64,000 nucleotides of DNA, from assembly GCA_013265495.1 (NCBI GenBank), contig MU058000.1, positions 744,001 through 808,000 on the forward strand, written 5' to 3'. A program made the position numbers and the translations under genes. Shown one piece after another: positions 49,489 through 62,900 of this stretch (positions within the stretch are counted from its first letter, which is position 1; each line of letters starts with the position of its first letter). Under the pieces are notes generated by a model. It saw nothing but the letters and a program-made list of their open reading frames with translations, had not been told where the DNA came from and did not search any database. The DNA is from Vicugna vicugna (lineage: Eukaryota).

Positions 49489-49900
49489 CAATCACGGGAC
49501 CAGACATGTGCAAACAGCCTTGGGAGTGACGGCTCCAAACCAGATCTCACCAGAGAACCAGGCAAAGCCCACAGACCCAAAGAGCTGATCTAGTGGGCTT
49601 CTCCCATCTTAAGCCTTTCTCAAGTCCGTCAAATGTTGGCATCCCTCAATGTGATAAATGGCTGCAGGCCAAGAGAAGATGGTAAAATTGAAGAGTCAGA
49701 TTCCCCCTCTCCCAACGACAGCAGCATGTAAACCAGCGCCAACAAGGACAAAGCCACAATACAAGCTCACGAGCTGACATGTGCAGCGTCACAGCTTGAT
49801 GGGGAGACATCCCACCCATCCCGTGATGATGAATCCAGCAAAATGAATGTGGGTGGGGGAGGGGAAGGGGGGACAAGAAGGAAAAGGGTGAAGATAATGG
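49489..49900 (-). promoter_or_regulatory. STON2: Candidate proximal promoter / non-coding first exon of STON2
   Basis: Apparently repeat-free stretch about 1.6-2 kb upstream of the ATG exon. Two consensus-like minus-strand donors (TTG|GTAAGA, exon end 49489; CTG|GTGAGA, exon end 49551), CRE half-sites (CGTCA) and a G-run cluster at 49851-49872. Position is inferred; there is no CpG island. Confidence 0.35.
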
Positions 49901-52794
49901 AGGAAACATCTAGAAATTTTAGAGCTCGAAAATTTTAAAGATGAATAGTCCAGCTCTCAAGTTTTACAGATGAAAAATGTGAGGCCCAAGGAGATCAGGT
50001 GTAGCAACAGCAGAGACTGAGACAGACCCAGGAGTTCAACTGCCTGGATGTGAGTCCTGCACAGTCCTTAAGCCTCAGCTCACCCCAGTGCAGCAAGAAC
50101 AGCAAAACTCACTTCATAATTCTAAGAATTAAGTAAGATAATATACTCCAAGTGCTTAGTCCTGGGAGTGAAAAACCGTCTGTAACAATGAAGACAGTCA
50201 TAGCAGGTGAGTTTACAGATGGCTTACTGTGTGCCAGGCCCCATTCCAAGCTCTTAATAAATGTCCGCTCTGGCCTTCGACCCCAGGTAAGTGACTCACA
50301 CTAACAAGCTGTGTACCTCCTTGTAAATCTTGGGACCAGAATGCAAATTTCATGAAACCCCTCCCTTTCTGTCACTTCCACATTCTGATTTTAGTGATTT
50401 CCCTTTACAGTCATTTTTTAGAACGGTTCTCCCAGATGCTAAGTGGAGTCAAGCAGGCAACTTCCTCTTTACAGATACAGATGCATTCGGCTGAGGGACC
50501 AAGATAAAGACTCAGGAAGTATGAATGAAAAGAAGAGCCCGAAAGATTTACCTACCCTTCCTCAGCTTGTCCAGTCCAGATCCAGACATGGGCTGGTAAC
50601 AGACGAGTGGTCCCAGGAAAGCCTGGTGGAACAAAAGTGTTACCGGGAACCTCCATCACAACCCTGTGAAATGGATTCTAGGAACCTGCCATGAAACAGC
50701 CACACGCAGCAGACCCTGAGATGCTAGACCCTACGGAGCGCTGGGCGAGCAGCTGGAATCCCACAGAGAAACCCAATCATTGTGAGGCTAAGTTCACCCT
50801 GGAATGGGTTTCTCCGTAAAAACCTCACCCCATTTTTAGAACATGAATCATAAAGTGAGGCTTGGAATCACCACAAATGAGTAGTGACTCACAATTAGCA
50901 CAGTGCTGACCAAGAGACACTAAAAATTTCACTGAAGTTCTCTGGGCTGCCCTTTCAAAGAGAAGCTTCTTCCGCAGCCCACCTTACACACTAAAGCTGG
51001 GGGGTGGAGAATGCAGCTGGCTGATAAGATGGGAGACCTAGAAGACCGACATAAGATGTATCTATTTCCAGGATGCAGTCATGAGTCCTATGTGTGTAGA
51101 AATGTGCCAGGCACCCTTAAGATACTGACCCTCAAGCAGCTCACCATCTAGCAGGGAGATGGAGATGCTCAGAACAGCGAACACAACAAACCTGGGAATA
51201 ACTGCCCACTGGAGGACATACCAGAAATGCTGCGACAGTTGGACCGTAAGGGCTGGAACCATAAGGGACCGAGCAGGTTTTGGGATTTGAAGGACGCCCT
51301 TGGTTCCAGACCACCAGAAGGGAAGAGTAAGGCATCCTTGGGACGGGGTATCAGCCTAAGTGGCGATTAAGAATCACACCTTGTGAGGGCGTGTTCCTGG
51401 GCCAGTGAAGAGGTCAGTCTGATGAGAGCTGAGGTATCTCCTGGAGAGAAAGGCTGATGGACCTGAACAGCTGAGGAGAAGGGTTCTGTGGGAAATGGGA
51501 AGCTGCTGAAAAGTTTACGAGTGGAGAGAGTCTCAAGAAATGTGCTTAAGGGACTTTCCTCAGACTGTCCTGAGCCAGGAGTTTGGTGATGGAAGCTATC
51601 AGCCAAGACAGGGCCTCAGTGTGTCCCACAAAGCCAGGGGCCAGCATCAGCAGAAACAGGACTGGCTACTCTGTGCTAGGACCATTCTAGACCCTGACAG
51701 TACAAGGAAGAATGAGACAGCATCATTGGTCTCTAGTAGCTTAAAGTTCATTGCAGGGAGGTATAACAGTGACATAATAACACAACAGGCTCTCTAACCT
51801 ATTGTGACGGGTCAGCCACCACAACAATGACAGCACCCTTGCAGAGAGAGAGTCAGAGTGTTAAGAGACTACTGAGGGCTTGAGCAGTGGGAGGTCATGA
51901 GCTGCATCTTAAATTGGAAGGCAGGCTTCTCAGTGAAAGGGAGGAGGGACAAAGGCATTTGGGGAAGAGAGAACAGAGATGGCACAGCTAGATCACAATG
52001 AGTTTATCTCCTGTTTACCTGAAGAGGGTGGAAGTGAGATGAGTGCACTGGAAAAGGAGGGGTTGAAACAGTGACAGCTCTAAATTTCAGAGAGAGTTTG
52101 AACTCTCGAAACTGCCCTTTCTGTTCCCACTGCCACTGCCTTGGTTCAGTCCCGCATCGTTTCTCATTCAGGCAATTACTAGCCTCTTACCTGTCCCCTG
52201 CCTTCAGCATCATCCCCCTCTAACCTATTACCCAACCTAGTAAGCCAGCAGGGCCTTCCTAGAACTTGAAAATGTCCATGCCACAGCTCTGTTTAAAAAC
52301 TCCTCACAGCCACAGACCCCCTTCCTCCTTGCGTTAGCCAGAGTCAGCTTCTGTCGCTTGCAGTGAAGAACTCCGATGTACAGTCCCCTTCCTTAGCTCC
52401 CACTAATCCCACTTGTCCCTTATCCCCCATGTCTTCTGTATGCTGATAGTATCTTACTCATTTATCCAGTTATAATGAACCTGTCTGCTAATGTGGCCAT
52501 TGTGTCAATTAGCCTGAGAGCTCCCTGAGGAAAGGGACTGGATTTTCCTCTTGTGGATGTCTCCAACTCTTAGAATAGGGTCTGATATTTAGCAAATGTT
52601 TATTGAGTAAATATCTGAATAAATGAATGAGTGAACAAATTAACTTGTTTTACCACATAATAGGTAGCCTCTTTAGGTCTCCTGAGCTGGTAAATGCTTT
52701 AGAAAGGTTAATTTAAACACTATGTATAAGATAGCTTGGGAAACAATCTGGATACAGGGCAACATGTCCATTCTCCTTTCTCTGATCTAAAATT

Positions 52795-53202
52795 GTACTA
52801 TTCAATTCCAGTACAGTAGCCACTAGACACAGGTAACTACTGAAATGCGGTTGGTCCAAAGTGTACACACCAGATTTCAAGAAGTATAAAAATGTGTTAA
52901 ATACCTATTTAATAATTTTTATATTGATTACATGTTGAAATGGTAATATTCTGGATATACTGTGTTAAATAAAATACATTCTTAAAATTAATTTCACCTC
53001 TTTGTTTTAAATTTTTAACGGGGGAGAGGTTAGTAGGTAAGCAGTAGAGCTCATGCTTAGCGTGCACAAGGTCCTGGGCTCGATCCCTAGTACCGCCAAT
53101 TAAAAAAGTAAAATACAAGCAAAAAAAAAAATTTTAATGGGGCAATTAGAAAAATTTAAATAATACATATGTGGCTTGTATTATATTTCTGTTGGACAGC
53201 AT
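52795..53202. mobile_element. MER33-like DNA transposon interrupted by a SINE
   Basis: Opposite orientation to 46551-46850: GTAGCCACTAG..., TTGATTACATGTTGAAATGGTAATATT, ...ATATGTGGCTTGTATTATATTTCTGTTGGACAGC. Confidence 0.75.
53020..53130 (+). mobile_element. tRNA-derived camelid SINE (Vic-1-like)
   Basis: GTAGAGCTCATGCTTAGCGTGCACAAGGTCCTGGGCTCGATCCCTAGTACC plus A tail; TSD-like AAATTTTTAACG / AAATTTTAATG. Confidence 0.82.
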
Positions 53203-53239
53203 GGATTTTAAACAATCCATTCTTTATTTCATCTTTGTT

Positions 53240-55010
53240 TTTATAGGCTATTTTATACTAGACATAGAATTTGAGATTGACTTTTTTTCTCTTCAGGATC
53301 CCATCTTTTTGTCCCTATTATTTCTGATGAGGAGTTAGTTATAATTCTTATTTCACTATTATATCTTTTATCTTTAACTGCTTACAAGATTTGATTTCAG
53401 TTTTCAGCAATTAACTATGGCTATGTCTATATGTAGTTTCCTTATAACTCATCCTACTTTAAGTTTGTGTGATATCCTGAATATGTATGTCAATATTTTC
53501 ATTAAATTTGGAAAAATTTAGCCACTATTTCTTCAAAATGTGTTTTCTGCCCCTTTCTCTCCTGCTTCTCTTATTGATCTACCTTCAAGTTCCTTGACTC
53601 TTTTGTCATCTTCATTCTCCTCTTAAGCTCATTCTGCAAATATTTCATCTCAATTATTCAACTTTTCCATTCCAAGATCTTCATTAGATTATTTTATAGT
53701 TCCTGTTTCTCTGCTGAGATGCCTTTTATATTCACTCATTTTGATAATATTTTCTCTTAGTTCTTGGAACATATTTATGACAGCTTCTTCGAAGGCTTTG
53801 TTCGCTCAATCCAACATCTAGACCATTGGGGTTTAATTTCTGTAGACTGTTTTTTAAACTATGGGTCATGTTTTCCTGTTTCATTACATACCTAACAATT
53901 GTTGATGACACATAAAGACAGTCTGGATTTGATCTCCCTCTGCAGAGTTGATTTTTGCCAGAAGTCAAACTGCCTGCTCACCTTGCTCTTGCATAGGCTT
54001 AGTCTTCCTTGTTGGATGAAATCTGTGAAAAGCCCAAGGTGTTTCCCAGGGCGCTCTAACTACTGCAGGACTCAAATTCCAGACTCAGTTTGCCTTGACA
54101 GTACTTGGTTCTAGGCTTTGTTAGGGTGGATTTAAATTAGGCCCTACTCTAGAGCAGGGGTGCTCTGCGGTGATGGCTCAGTCTGGCCTTCCTTCTGCTT
54201 TTTTTTTTTCATTTGTTTAAAAAAAAAAAAGACATTGGAACAAAACCATGCTTATTTATTTACATGCTGTCTATGACTGCTTTTGCTCTCCAATAGCAGA
54301 GTTGAGTAGTTGTGAGAGACATTGTATGGCTTAGAGGGCCTAAAATAATTACCATCTAGCCCTTTACTAAAAAAAAAAAAACAAAAATAACCCCTGCTTA
54401 AAAGCATAGACTTTGCCCTAAGACACAGACTTTCTGTGTCTTTTCTGGATGCTTGGGATGTGAATAAGGTATTAAGGAGGTCTTTCCAAGGTGGCTGGGC
54501 TGGACCACCAGCATCCCTCAGTATTGCCTGACCTCTAGTGTCTCTGTCCCATTCTCAACCCTGGAGCCGTCCCTTCTGGGAAATCTCACATATGGTTTCA
54601 GTCTGTACCATTGCACTCTAGCCTGGCCAAGGACTCCCTGGGTACACTCAGATACACTTCTGTTCCCCTTTCCCTATGCAACCCTCTCCTCTCCAGTGCC
54701 CTGCCTGCGGATTCCAGATGCTTCAGTCGCCCCCAACTCTGATCTCTGCTTCCTTAGCTCAGAGGACTGCTGTGCTCAGCGGAGACTAGCATTCTATGCT
54801 GCAGTCAGGAAGTTTCCCCTGGAAGAGAGCCAAGGGGATCACCAGGATCACCTCATGAGTTTTCCTTCTCTCAGAATCGAAATATGGTGCTTTCTGTTGA
54901 CCCATATCTGAAAATGGTTTACCTTACACATTTTTGTCTGGTTTTGTGATTGTTTACTGCAGAAGGACTAGTTTGTTAACCGGTTATAGCAAAAATTGGA
55001 AGTCCTCCCC
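53240..55010 (-). mobile_element. Ancient L1 5'/ORF1-region remnant, with a MER58-like insertion at about 54200-54385
   Basis: AAATTTGGAAAAATTTAGCCACTATTTCTTCAAA, TCTCTGCTGAGATGCC, terminal GCAAAAATTGGAAGTC. MER58-like TTATTTACATGCTGTCTATGACTGCTTTTG..GCAGAGTTGAGTAGTTGTGAGAGAC. Confidence 0.6.
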
Positions 55011-57399
55011 TGAAACATTCCTAACTGACTTGTGCCCACTTTTAAGGAAAAAAAAAGACTAGTTCAGATCATCTAGAGTGATTTTATACTGATGTCCTGG
55101 AAATATTAATTAGCAGTTTTATAGAACTTTCATAAATCACATGAGAAGGAAAGGAGGGTTTCATATAGCCATGTGGATTAAATCTACCCCTTCAGAGCTG
55201 GGACAATGTTTTATTTTATTAGGTTAGCTATGCTACATAATATCATAACATAATTCTTGCTTGGTTGGAGGCTATTTAAATCTGAGAACTTAGTGATCTT
55301 TCTTTCATCTCTTTGTCATATGTATTCAACCAGACAGCTACTTTAAAAATCTCTGCATCCACTTGTTGGGTTTTGAGGTTACTGGCAAGTGCTAGCCAGT
55401 CAGCTATTAAGGGTTTATGCAGAAACATCTTAAACTAGATCCTGGTGCCAATTCCAAACCCAAAGTAAAGCCTCAGCTTGTTCCTGATCAAGGAAAAGCA
55501 ACTAAAGGTCAAAAGGAAAACAGGGAAGAAAGGATGAATGGGGAAAATAAGACTGCATGAATTCTTTGTGTTTCTTCAGAGCTTTCTTCTAAAATAAGAC
55601 ATCTAACAAATTTACACTGAGCATTGACCACGCACTCAGAAATGTGCTCAGTACAGTGATGCAAAATAATGTCAAGCATGGTTTTATACTCTGCAGCCTC
55701 TGTCACAGTGGGATACAGAAATCACAGAAGTTGAATCAGGAAGTAAAAGTAACCAGGCTGCTTGCTTCATAAATTCTCCAAATAAACAGAAGCCCGGAAG
55801 GCCGGATTACCCTATGACAAAGACCTAAATCAGATTAAGGACTTGGAACACTGCTTCTCTTCCTTCTCCTTTCAAATTCTTTTCCTTTATGTGAGAACAG
55901 AGTTCACTGAAACACACACACACACATGCACTTTAATTAACAGGTGACTTGATCTTCCTAAAAGGGAAAAATAGAGTGACTCTGGTGGTCTGTTCTTCCT
56001 ATTTTGTTACCATTTTTTCTTTCATTCTTTCATTTAAATATTTATTTTTTAAAAAATATAAGAGAATGATTACTAGTCTTCCATTGGAAATTGGTGAAAA
56101 GAATGAATGTCACAGCCTCAAGTCAGGCATACAGGAGAAAGAACTCCAAAAGGAACAAATGTCATATTTCAACTGTAGTCAGTCTCCATAAACTCACTCC
56201 CCTCTACTTCTCTCTTTCAAGCATATACACCACAACCCCTTATCCCTAAAGTCTGTTTCTGCCCCATCGAAAGTCACATTATGTGTGTGTGTATACTTGC
56301 ACACAGATATACAAATACATACACATATAAATACATATATTTGTACAGGCACACATATAGGTATACCCCAAGATTATAAGTTATATATTTTTACATATTT
56401 ATATACAATTGTAAATACTGTAGTGTGATTTTTCTTCAAAATAAACAATCCTGATGGCTGTGCTATCTAACAGCTCCATGGCTCTGCATTCAGAGTCAAG
56501 GATCTAAGTCACACTTGACTTGAAAAACAAGTTGCCACTGATCTCGGTGCATTCCTGAGGCAGTGACCCTGAATGACATCCCTAGGTAGCTGAACACTGT
56601 GTCACATTCAGTGAAAGACGCTGGTAGGAGGTCAATCATGCTGTAAAGTTTGCAGAATACTTTCTAGTACTTTGAACTCTTAGAAAATGGTCTACTCTTG
56701 TAAACTCATCTTGGTTTACTTCAGTTTTATACCTGGAATAGAGATAACATTTCCCTGTATGCAAGTAGGGGAGTTGGTGTGGATCATTTCTTTTCATCTA
56801 TATTTTGAAGCCGTGAGTCTGTCACTTTGGATATTGCATTACAAGACTGTCAGTTCCCTAGGAGTCTACAGGAGCTTTGTGGGTCCCAGTGGTGGCCACA
56901 TTTCCTGGGCACAATCCTAAGCCTTTCCAAGAAGCTTAACAAAATATTATTATTATATTTCATTGAAACTAAGACGTCATAGATTATAAAATGCATCCGA
57001 TTTCAGAGATTATAAAATATTTTAAAATTATATGTATACATACATATATTTCTTAGAAGCAATGAAATATATTCTTATTTTTATAGCAAATACTTACCAA
57101 AAATTACAATTAGTATATATTTCCAGGATGAAAAGAAATTCATAGATAATTTCAACCCATTTTTATAATAACCCTGAGATAAGTAAACCAGATATTTCTC
57201 TCACTTGATAGATAAAGAAACTGGCTCAGAGAGGCTGCTTGACTACTCTAAGGTCACACAGCTAACCATGACAAAGTTGGGACAGGATCACAAGTCTCTA
57301 AATTTTGCACTTTTTCTACTATACCACATTCTGCCTTCCAGAAAATAAGTATAACAGATATGTTAGCCATATCACCAACATCCATTTTCTCTTATCATC

Positions 57400-57850
57400 C
57401 AGCACTGGAGGACGGGTGTTTATTGGTTGAGCCAATCACAATAATTCCTATTCCTACTTTCCCAGCCTCCTTTGAAGCTAGGAGTGGCCATCTGGCTAAG
57501 TTCTGACCAATGAGACATAAGTGGAAGTAAGGTAAGAAATAAAGCTCTGGGAAGTGTTCTTTGTCTTTGTTTATTTTGCATACGCAATAAAGGTAACAGA
57601 TATTTCTCATGCTGCCCTAATCCTGCTCATTTCCTCTTTTTTCCTGTCTTGCATATAATCATGATGGCTGGAGCTACCATAACCATGAGGAAAGGCTAAG
57701 AGAACCACAGAGTCACTGGCCCTGATGTCACTGAGCCACTGAATCACTATCAGCAATTACTCATCTTTATATTTATTGTTATGTGAAAAGAAATTTAAGT
57801 TATTATAATCAAGCTTTCTGATACATGCAGGTAAATGCAATTCTAACTAA
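57400..57850 (+). mobile_element. Old MaLR LTR (MLT1I/J-like)
   Basis: TTCCCAGCCTCCTTTGAAGCTAGGAGTGGCCATCTGGCTAAGTTCTGACCAATGAGACATAAGTGGAAG, ATGATGGCTGGAGCT, ...TTCTAACTAATA. Confidence 0.7.
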
Positions 57851-57869
57851 TAAAGTAGGAGACAGAAAT

Positions 57870-58350
57870 TGTGGCAAGCAGATCTCTGCGATGACCCGCC
57901 TCCAAGATCTCCACACCCTAGTGTTATTACTGTGATTATGTCATACTGTATGGCAAAAGGGACTTTGTGGATACAAAGCTACTAATCAAATGACCTTAAG
58001 ACAGGGTGACTTTCCCTGTGAGCCTAACCTAATCAACAAGCCCTTTAAAAGCAGAGAGTTTTCTCCGGGTGGTAGCAGAAGAGGAAGTCAGAGAAATTCA
58101 AAGTGTGAGAGGAAGGGTAGGGCGAGGATCTGAGGGTAGCCTCTGGGGGCTGAGAGTGGTACCCAACAGAAGGCCAGCAAGAAAAAGGGAACTATAATCC
58201 TACAACCACAAAAAACAAAAACAAAAACTGAATTCTCCCGATAACAGGCATAAGCTTGGTGGGGATCCTGAGTTTCAGGTGGGAACACAGTGGCCAACCC
58301 TTAATTTCAGCCTGTGATACTCTGGACAGAGAATCTACTCATGCTGTTCT
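57870..58350 (+). mobile_element. MaLR LTR (MLT1E-like)
   Basis: TATGGCAAAAGGGACTTTG, GCCCTTTAAAAGCAGAGAGTTTTCTC..GGTAGCAGAAGAGGAAGTCAGAGA, GCCAGCAAGAAAAAGGGAAC. Confidence 0.8.
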
Positions 58351-58904
58351 AGCACTGTAGTTTAAAAATGGGGGGAGAATTTATTCTGGAGCTCAAAATC
58401 TTGAGGGCCTGGATATAGACTTCTTTAAATCATTTCCCAATATGGACAAGGGACTGAACTTCAACTAAAATAAATTATCACCCATAGTATGTAGTAAATA
58501 AAAAATAACAGAAAGTAGCAAAACCCACTAAACTTTCCATGTAGCACTTTGGAACATATTACATGGATTTCTTTCTCCAGAAGATTTAATTTCTTTTTCT
58601 GCTTCACTTACTTTGGGCACTGCAAAGTTAGCTTGCCTTTCCAGAGACATGTAGCCAGGCTGGAAGGGTGATCATTTTCAGTGCAAGAAGTTAAACAACA
58701 AGTCTGAGGTGCCCTTCCTTTGAACCTCCAGAGGCCAATGAACATTCAACCAGTTTTCTAGAACAGGAATGATGATGTCATACCAGTGACTCTTCAAGGA
58801 GGGGTGTCAGCATTTTGGAAGGTGTTGGAGATGGGATGAAGGAGAAAAGTTTTAAAAGTAGAATCGATTGTGGTATCTTCTCTCAGACTCTTTCTAAAAA
58901 CAGG

Positions 58905-59522
58905 CTATGTATTCATCGTCCAACAAATTGTTAGTAAAGACCTGCTAGACAGTCAGGATACAAAAGTAAATAAGATAGATAGAGACCCTGCCTTCCAGGG
59001 GTTTCTATCCAAGAGAGAAAAACAGGGATGAGACAAGTCAACTACAAACAAGATTTCTGCAAGTCGACAAATGGTTCAGACAAGGAATAACAAGCAATCC
59101 TGTAATGCATGGGATGACAGGAGCTTTCTTTGAAGAGGTTACATTTAACTACTACTTGTGAGGATGAGAAGACACCAACCATGACCAGAAGTAGTGAGTA
59201 TTCACGGTAGAGGGAATCGAAGCCACAAAGAGTCTGAGATGGGAAAAAGTTAACAAGAAAAGACTTGAACTGAGCACAGAGTGGGCAAGGAGCGTGGGGC
59301 GTGGGATAAGGTTATAAAGGTAAACATGGGGTCTTGTGGCCCAGATTTAGGTGTTTAGATTGTATTCTAAGCACAATGAAAAGTCAGTGAAGGATTTAAA
59401 GAGGAGCAACAGAACTCAATGTGCCTTTTCAGAAGCCGAGTGGAGAACAGAGTGGAAGAGGAAAGAATGGAAGCAAAGAGAATAATTAGGAAGCTACTGT
59501 AATAGGTGAGGCAAAAGATGAT
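58905..59522 (-). mobile_element. L2 fragment
   Basis: ATTCATCGTCCAACAAATTGTTAGT..., CCCTGCCTTCCAGGGG, TCAGTGAAGGATTTAAAGAGGAG, AATTAGGAAGCTACTGTAATAG. Confidence 0.6.
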
Positions 59523-59963
59523 GAAACAACTCAAGTGCCCATCAACAGATGAGTGGATGGACAAAACGTGGTGTATACATATACCGGAATGTCATTCAGC
59601 ACCAAACAGGAAGGACATTCTGACACGTGCAATAACATGGATGAAAGGTGAGGACATACATTAAGTGAAATAAGCCTGCCACAAAAAGACAAATACTGTA
59701 CGATTCCACTGACATGAGGTCCTGAGAGTAGTCAGATTCATAGTGACAGAAAGTAGAATGGTGGTTTCCAGGGGCTGGGGTAGGGGATGGGGAGAATGGG
59801 AGTTACTGTTTAATAGGTACAGAGTTTCAGTTCTGAAAGATGAAAAGAGCTATGAAGGTGGATGGCGGTGATGATTGCACAAGGTGCATGTACTCAGTGC
59901 CACTGAATAGCACACTTAAAAATGGTTAAATGGTAACTTCTATGTTATATGTATTTTAACACC
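59523..59963 (+). mobile_element. L1MB-like 3' UTR fragment
   Basis: GAAACAACTCAAGTGCCCATCAACAGATGAGTGGAT...AAAGACAAATACTGTACGATTCCACT...CACTTAAAAATGGTTAAATGGTAACTTCTATGTTATATGTATTTTAACAC. Confidence 0.88.
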
Positions 59964-62900
59964 ATGATGCTCCATCCAAGTCCTAAGGCCCCATGACTCC
60001 AAATAGACAGAAAAGAGGAGGGAGCCCGAGTGAGGGAAAGCTGCCATGCTCTGCCCTTCAGTACAAGGGCATGTGGGAGGCAGGAGGCCTACACCAAGCA
60101 GGCCCCTCTATATCTGGCCATTTACAAACAGGTTGGAAATGAGCATTTTCTCTTTGAGATTCTTTGAGTCTCAGGCTTGGGAGAAAAAAAATGAAAACGT
60201 TGTTAGACAATTCAGTAAATACAGGAACAAATGTCCTTGGTGATAACTTTATCAGCAGGAGAGGGGCAAGTACCAGGCATGTCATAACAAGGGCAGGAAT
60301 TTCCTGAAACCGCAGGGAATATTCCAATTCTGAATAATTAGTAAGCGAGAGAACGTGGGTGAGAGCACTCTGTAGACTGCAGAGCAGGATTCATAAAGTA
60401 AGCTCAGCACATCGTTGTCAATCAAGTAGCAGAGAGTGGAAAGGGCCAGGGGCCCTGAAAACAAAGTCAGGTGCTTTGGAGCCTCGCCAGGGTGGCCAAT
60501 CATCCTTCCCCGTGGCTGGTCAGGGAAGCAAAAGCATGGGCAAAGGAAGCAGCTGGAGTGGCTCTTGCTTTCTTAACAATGATGCCCACAGACCCGTCAG
60601 CCACCTCCTCGCCCTGGACCCAAGCACTCTCACCTGCAGGCTCCCCTCTGTCATCCTACAGATCATCTCCTTTGTTCCTCCCACCAACCTTCTGAGGTAG
60701 GTACCATTACTAATAGCACCATTTTTGAGATGACAAAAGCCGAGGCCAGAGGGGTCAAGTAACTTGCTCAAAGCCAGAGAGCTGGTACATAACAGTGCTG
60801 GGACCCCAACCAAAACCATCCTGACTTCGCAGACTTTTCTCAAACAATTCATTGACTCATTTGTTCAACCAGCCAACGAGGATTAAGAGCCTATAGTGTG
60901 CCAATCCCTGAGTCTAGGCTAGAGGTGAGGGGTAGAGAAATCAATAATACAGAATTCAGGAAGGCCAATTAGCCAGTGGCCTCTTACTCATGAAGCACTT
61001 CAAATACTATTAAGAAGGAAAGCACACATTTAGTCACAGAAATACACTGAAAGGATCGAGAGATATGCCTTCTACAACCTTAAATTCATGTCCCATTACG
61101 AAACCCTCTGCACAGAGAGTTCAATGAATATCATTCGTAACTCCTATAGGTGCACCTTGTGTGTAGCAAAATTATATTGTTTCTATGTGTATGAGTTTGA
61201 ATTTGGTTAAATGCAAATATACAAAAAAGGTCCTAATATTTTTCTTACCCTGTCTTGGAACTTTTTCAGTCTTTAATATAATGGGAACCTCAGAATAAAG
61301 AAGGAACATAGGTCTTTCTCCACCAACTCTAAGAGGACCTAAATTTAACTGACAGCAAGGGTTACTATGGAGAGTGACCAAAGGTCGCAAGGGTGGGGTG
61401 GGGGCAACCAGGGAGGCTTCCTGGAAGAGGCTATATCTAACCTGGCTCTTGGGAAGATAAACAGCACAATTTCTGCAGTCAGGCAGGCCAAGTCCCCTCA
61501 CTGCTAAGTGTCATCATGGGCATGTCTCTCAAACTCTTGAAACCTGAATTTCACATCAGTTTCAGAGCTTCCTGTAAGGATAAAAAAAGCCACTGCATGG
61601 AAGACTCCCAGCACCACGAACGCTAAGTGCTGCACTGATGTTACCTATTACCATCACTCCTTCCGCTAATAAAGGGCGAGGAGGAGTCAGCCTGGTAAGG
61701 AAACAAGGCAAGAACTTGCTGATTTCACCCCTGTGGTCGTGGCATTCAGGAAGCGAAAGTGCGAGGGCAGGGTGGGGGGAGTCTTAGAAATTCAGGGAAA
61801 AAAGGACGTCGTGGTGTGAGCTTCAGCCTGAGACAGGAAACAGCCTGGCTGGCTGGATGTGAGGCAGTACTTGGCCTGGAAAGGTCTAGTGAGAGGAGGT
61901 ACTGGAGGCAGGGCCACCACGTCAGATGACTTTGGGGCCCCACTGACGTGGTCACCTACATGAGCAGTGTCTGTGGAGTGCATATCACACAACCAATGCT
62001 GAGGGCAGCAGCCCGCCCAGGCGGGCGCTCCACTGGTCCCTGGACTTGGCTGCTGCAGGCACCAGCCAAGGTGTCCACCGCTGGTGTGTCCCGACCATCT
62101 GGGCTATTTCAGTCCATGGAGGGCAGCAGTGTGACCAGCACCGTCACCAGCCTCTTTGGACTTTATGGAAACCATATGTAAAGGAGTCCAGCTGTGACAA
62201 GAGAATCTGGGCTTATCCCAGTTTACAGCCCAGCTACAGGAACACGGAACTTTCAATTTAGACGCTCCTGCCAATGGTCCCTATACCAGGATGACAAGGA
62301 TTAGAGGAAATAGAGCTCCAGGCCACAGATCTCAAGCTTGGTGGGCGGCTCTATCATAAAGTTAGCTCAATACAGATCTGCGTAGAAAAACCACAGTGCT
62401 TATCCCCCCAGGCAGATGAGAAAGAGGAAAGCTATTTCCCCATCCTTCCCTCTTCGGTAGAAATGAATCTTCCCTCCTGGGCTGAACTATCAACTCCTCT
62501 TTACTCTCTCCACTGCAGTGTGTTCAGCATCCCTCCCTCCCAGACGCCCTCCGCAGCACTCCACCACGCCCCCCTACCCTAATACTCCCCCAGAGTTGCT
62601 GCACAACTCTGGGTGGTGCCAGCCACAGACGATGCAAGGGAGAGAATGCTGCCCCAGGGGTGTAAAATCCAGCAGCCCCCAGACAGCGCACACCCTCCCA
62701 ACCCCCCATCCACATTTTAGAAAAAGCAGGGAAATGTCGAATGTTTAGGAAACTCTGTGTGATTCCCACATGTTCTCCAACAAAATACCCAGCAGGTAAG
62801 CACTACTTCCATGGAAGATTTTTACCAGGCCTTTCTACCCACTTTAGCAAAATTAAAACTAGACCTGAGATTTACCAAGGAATCACCTCTTACGAACCAA

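Noticed and set aside
49822..49835. Box C-like GTGATGATGA suggesting a C/D snoRNA
   Set aside because: No downstream box D (CTGA) at a suitable distance or terminal stem, and it is antisense to the host transcript.
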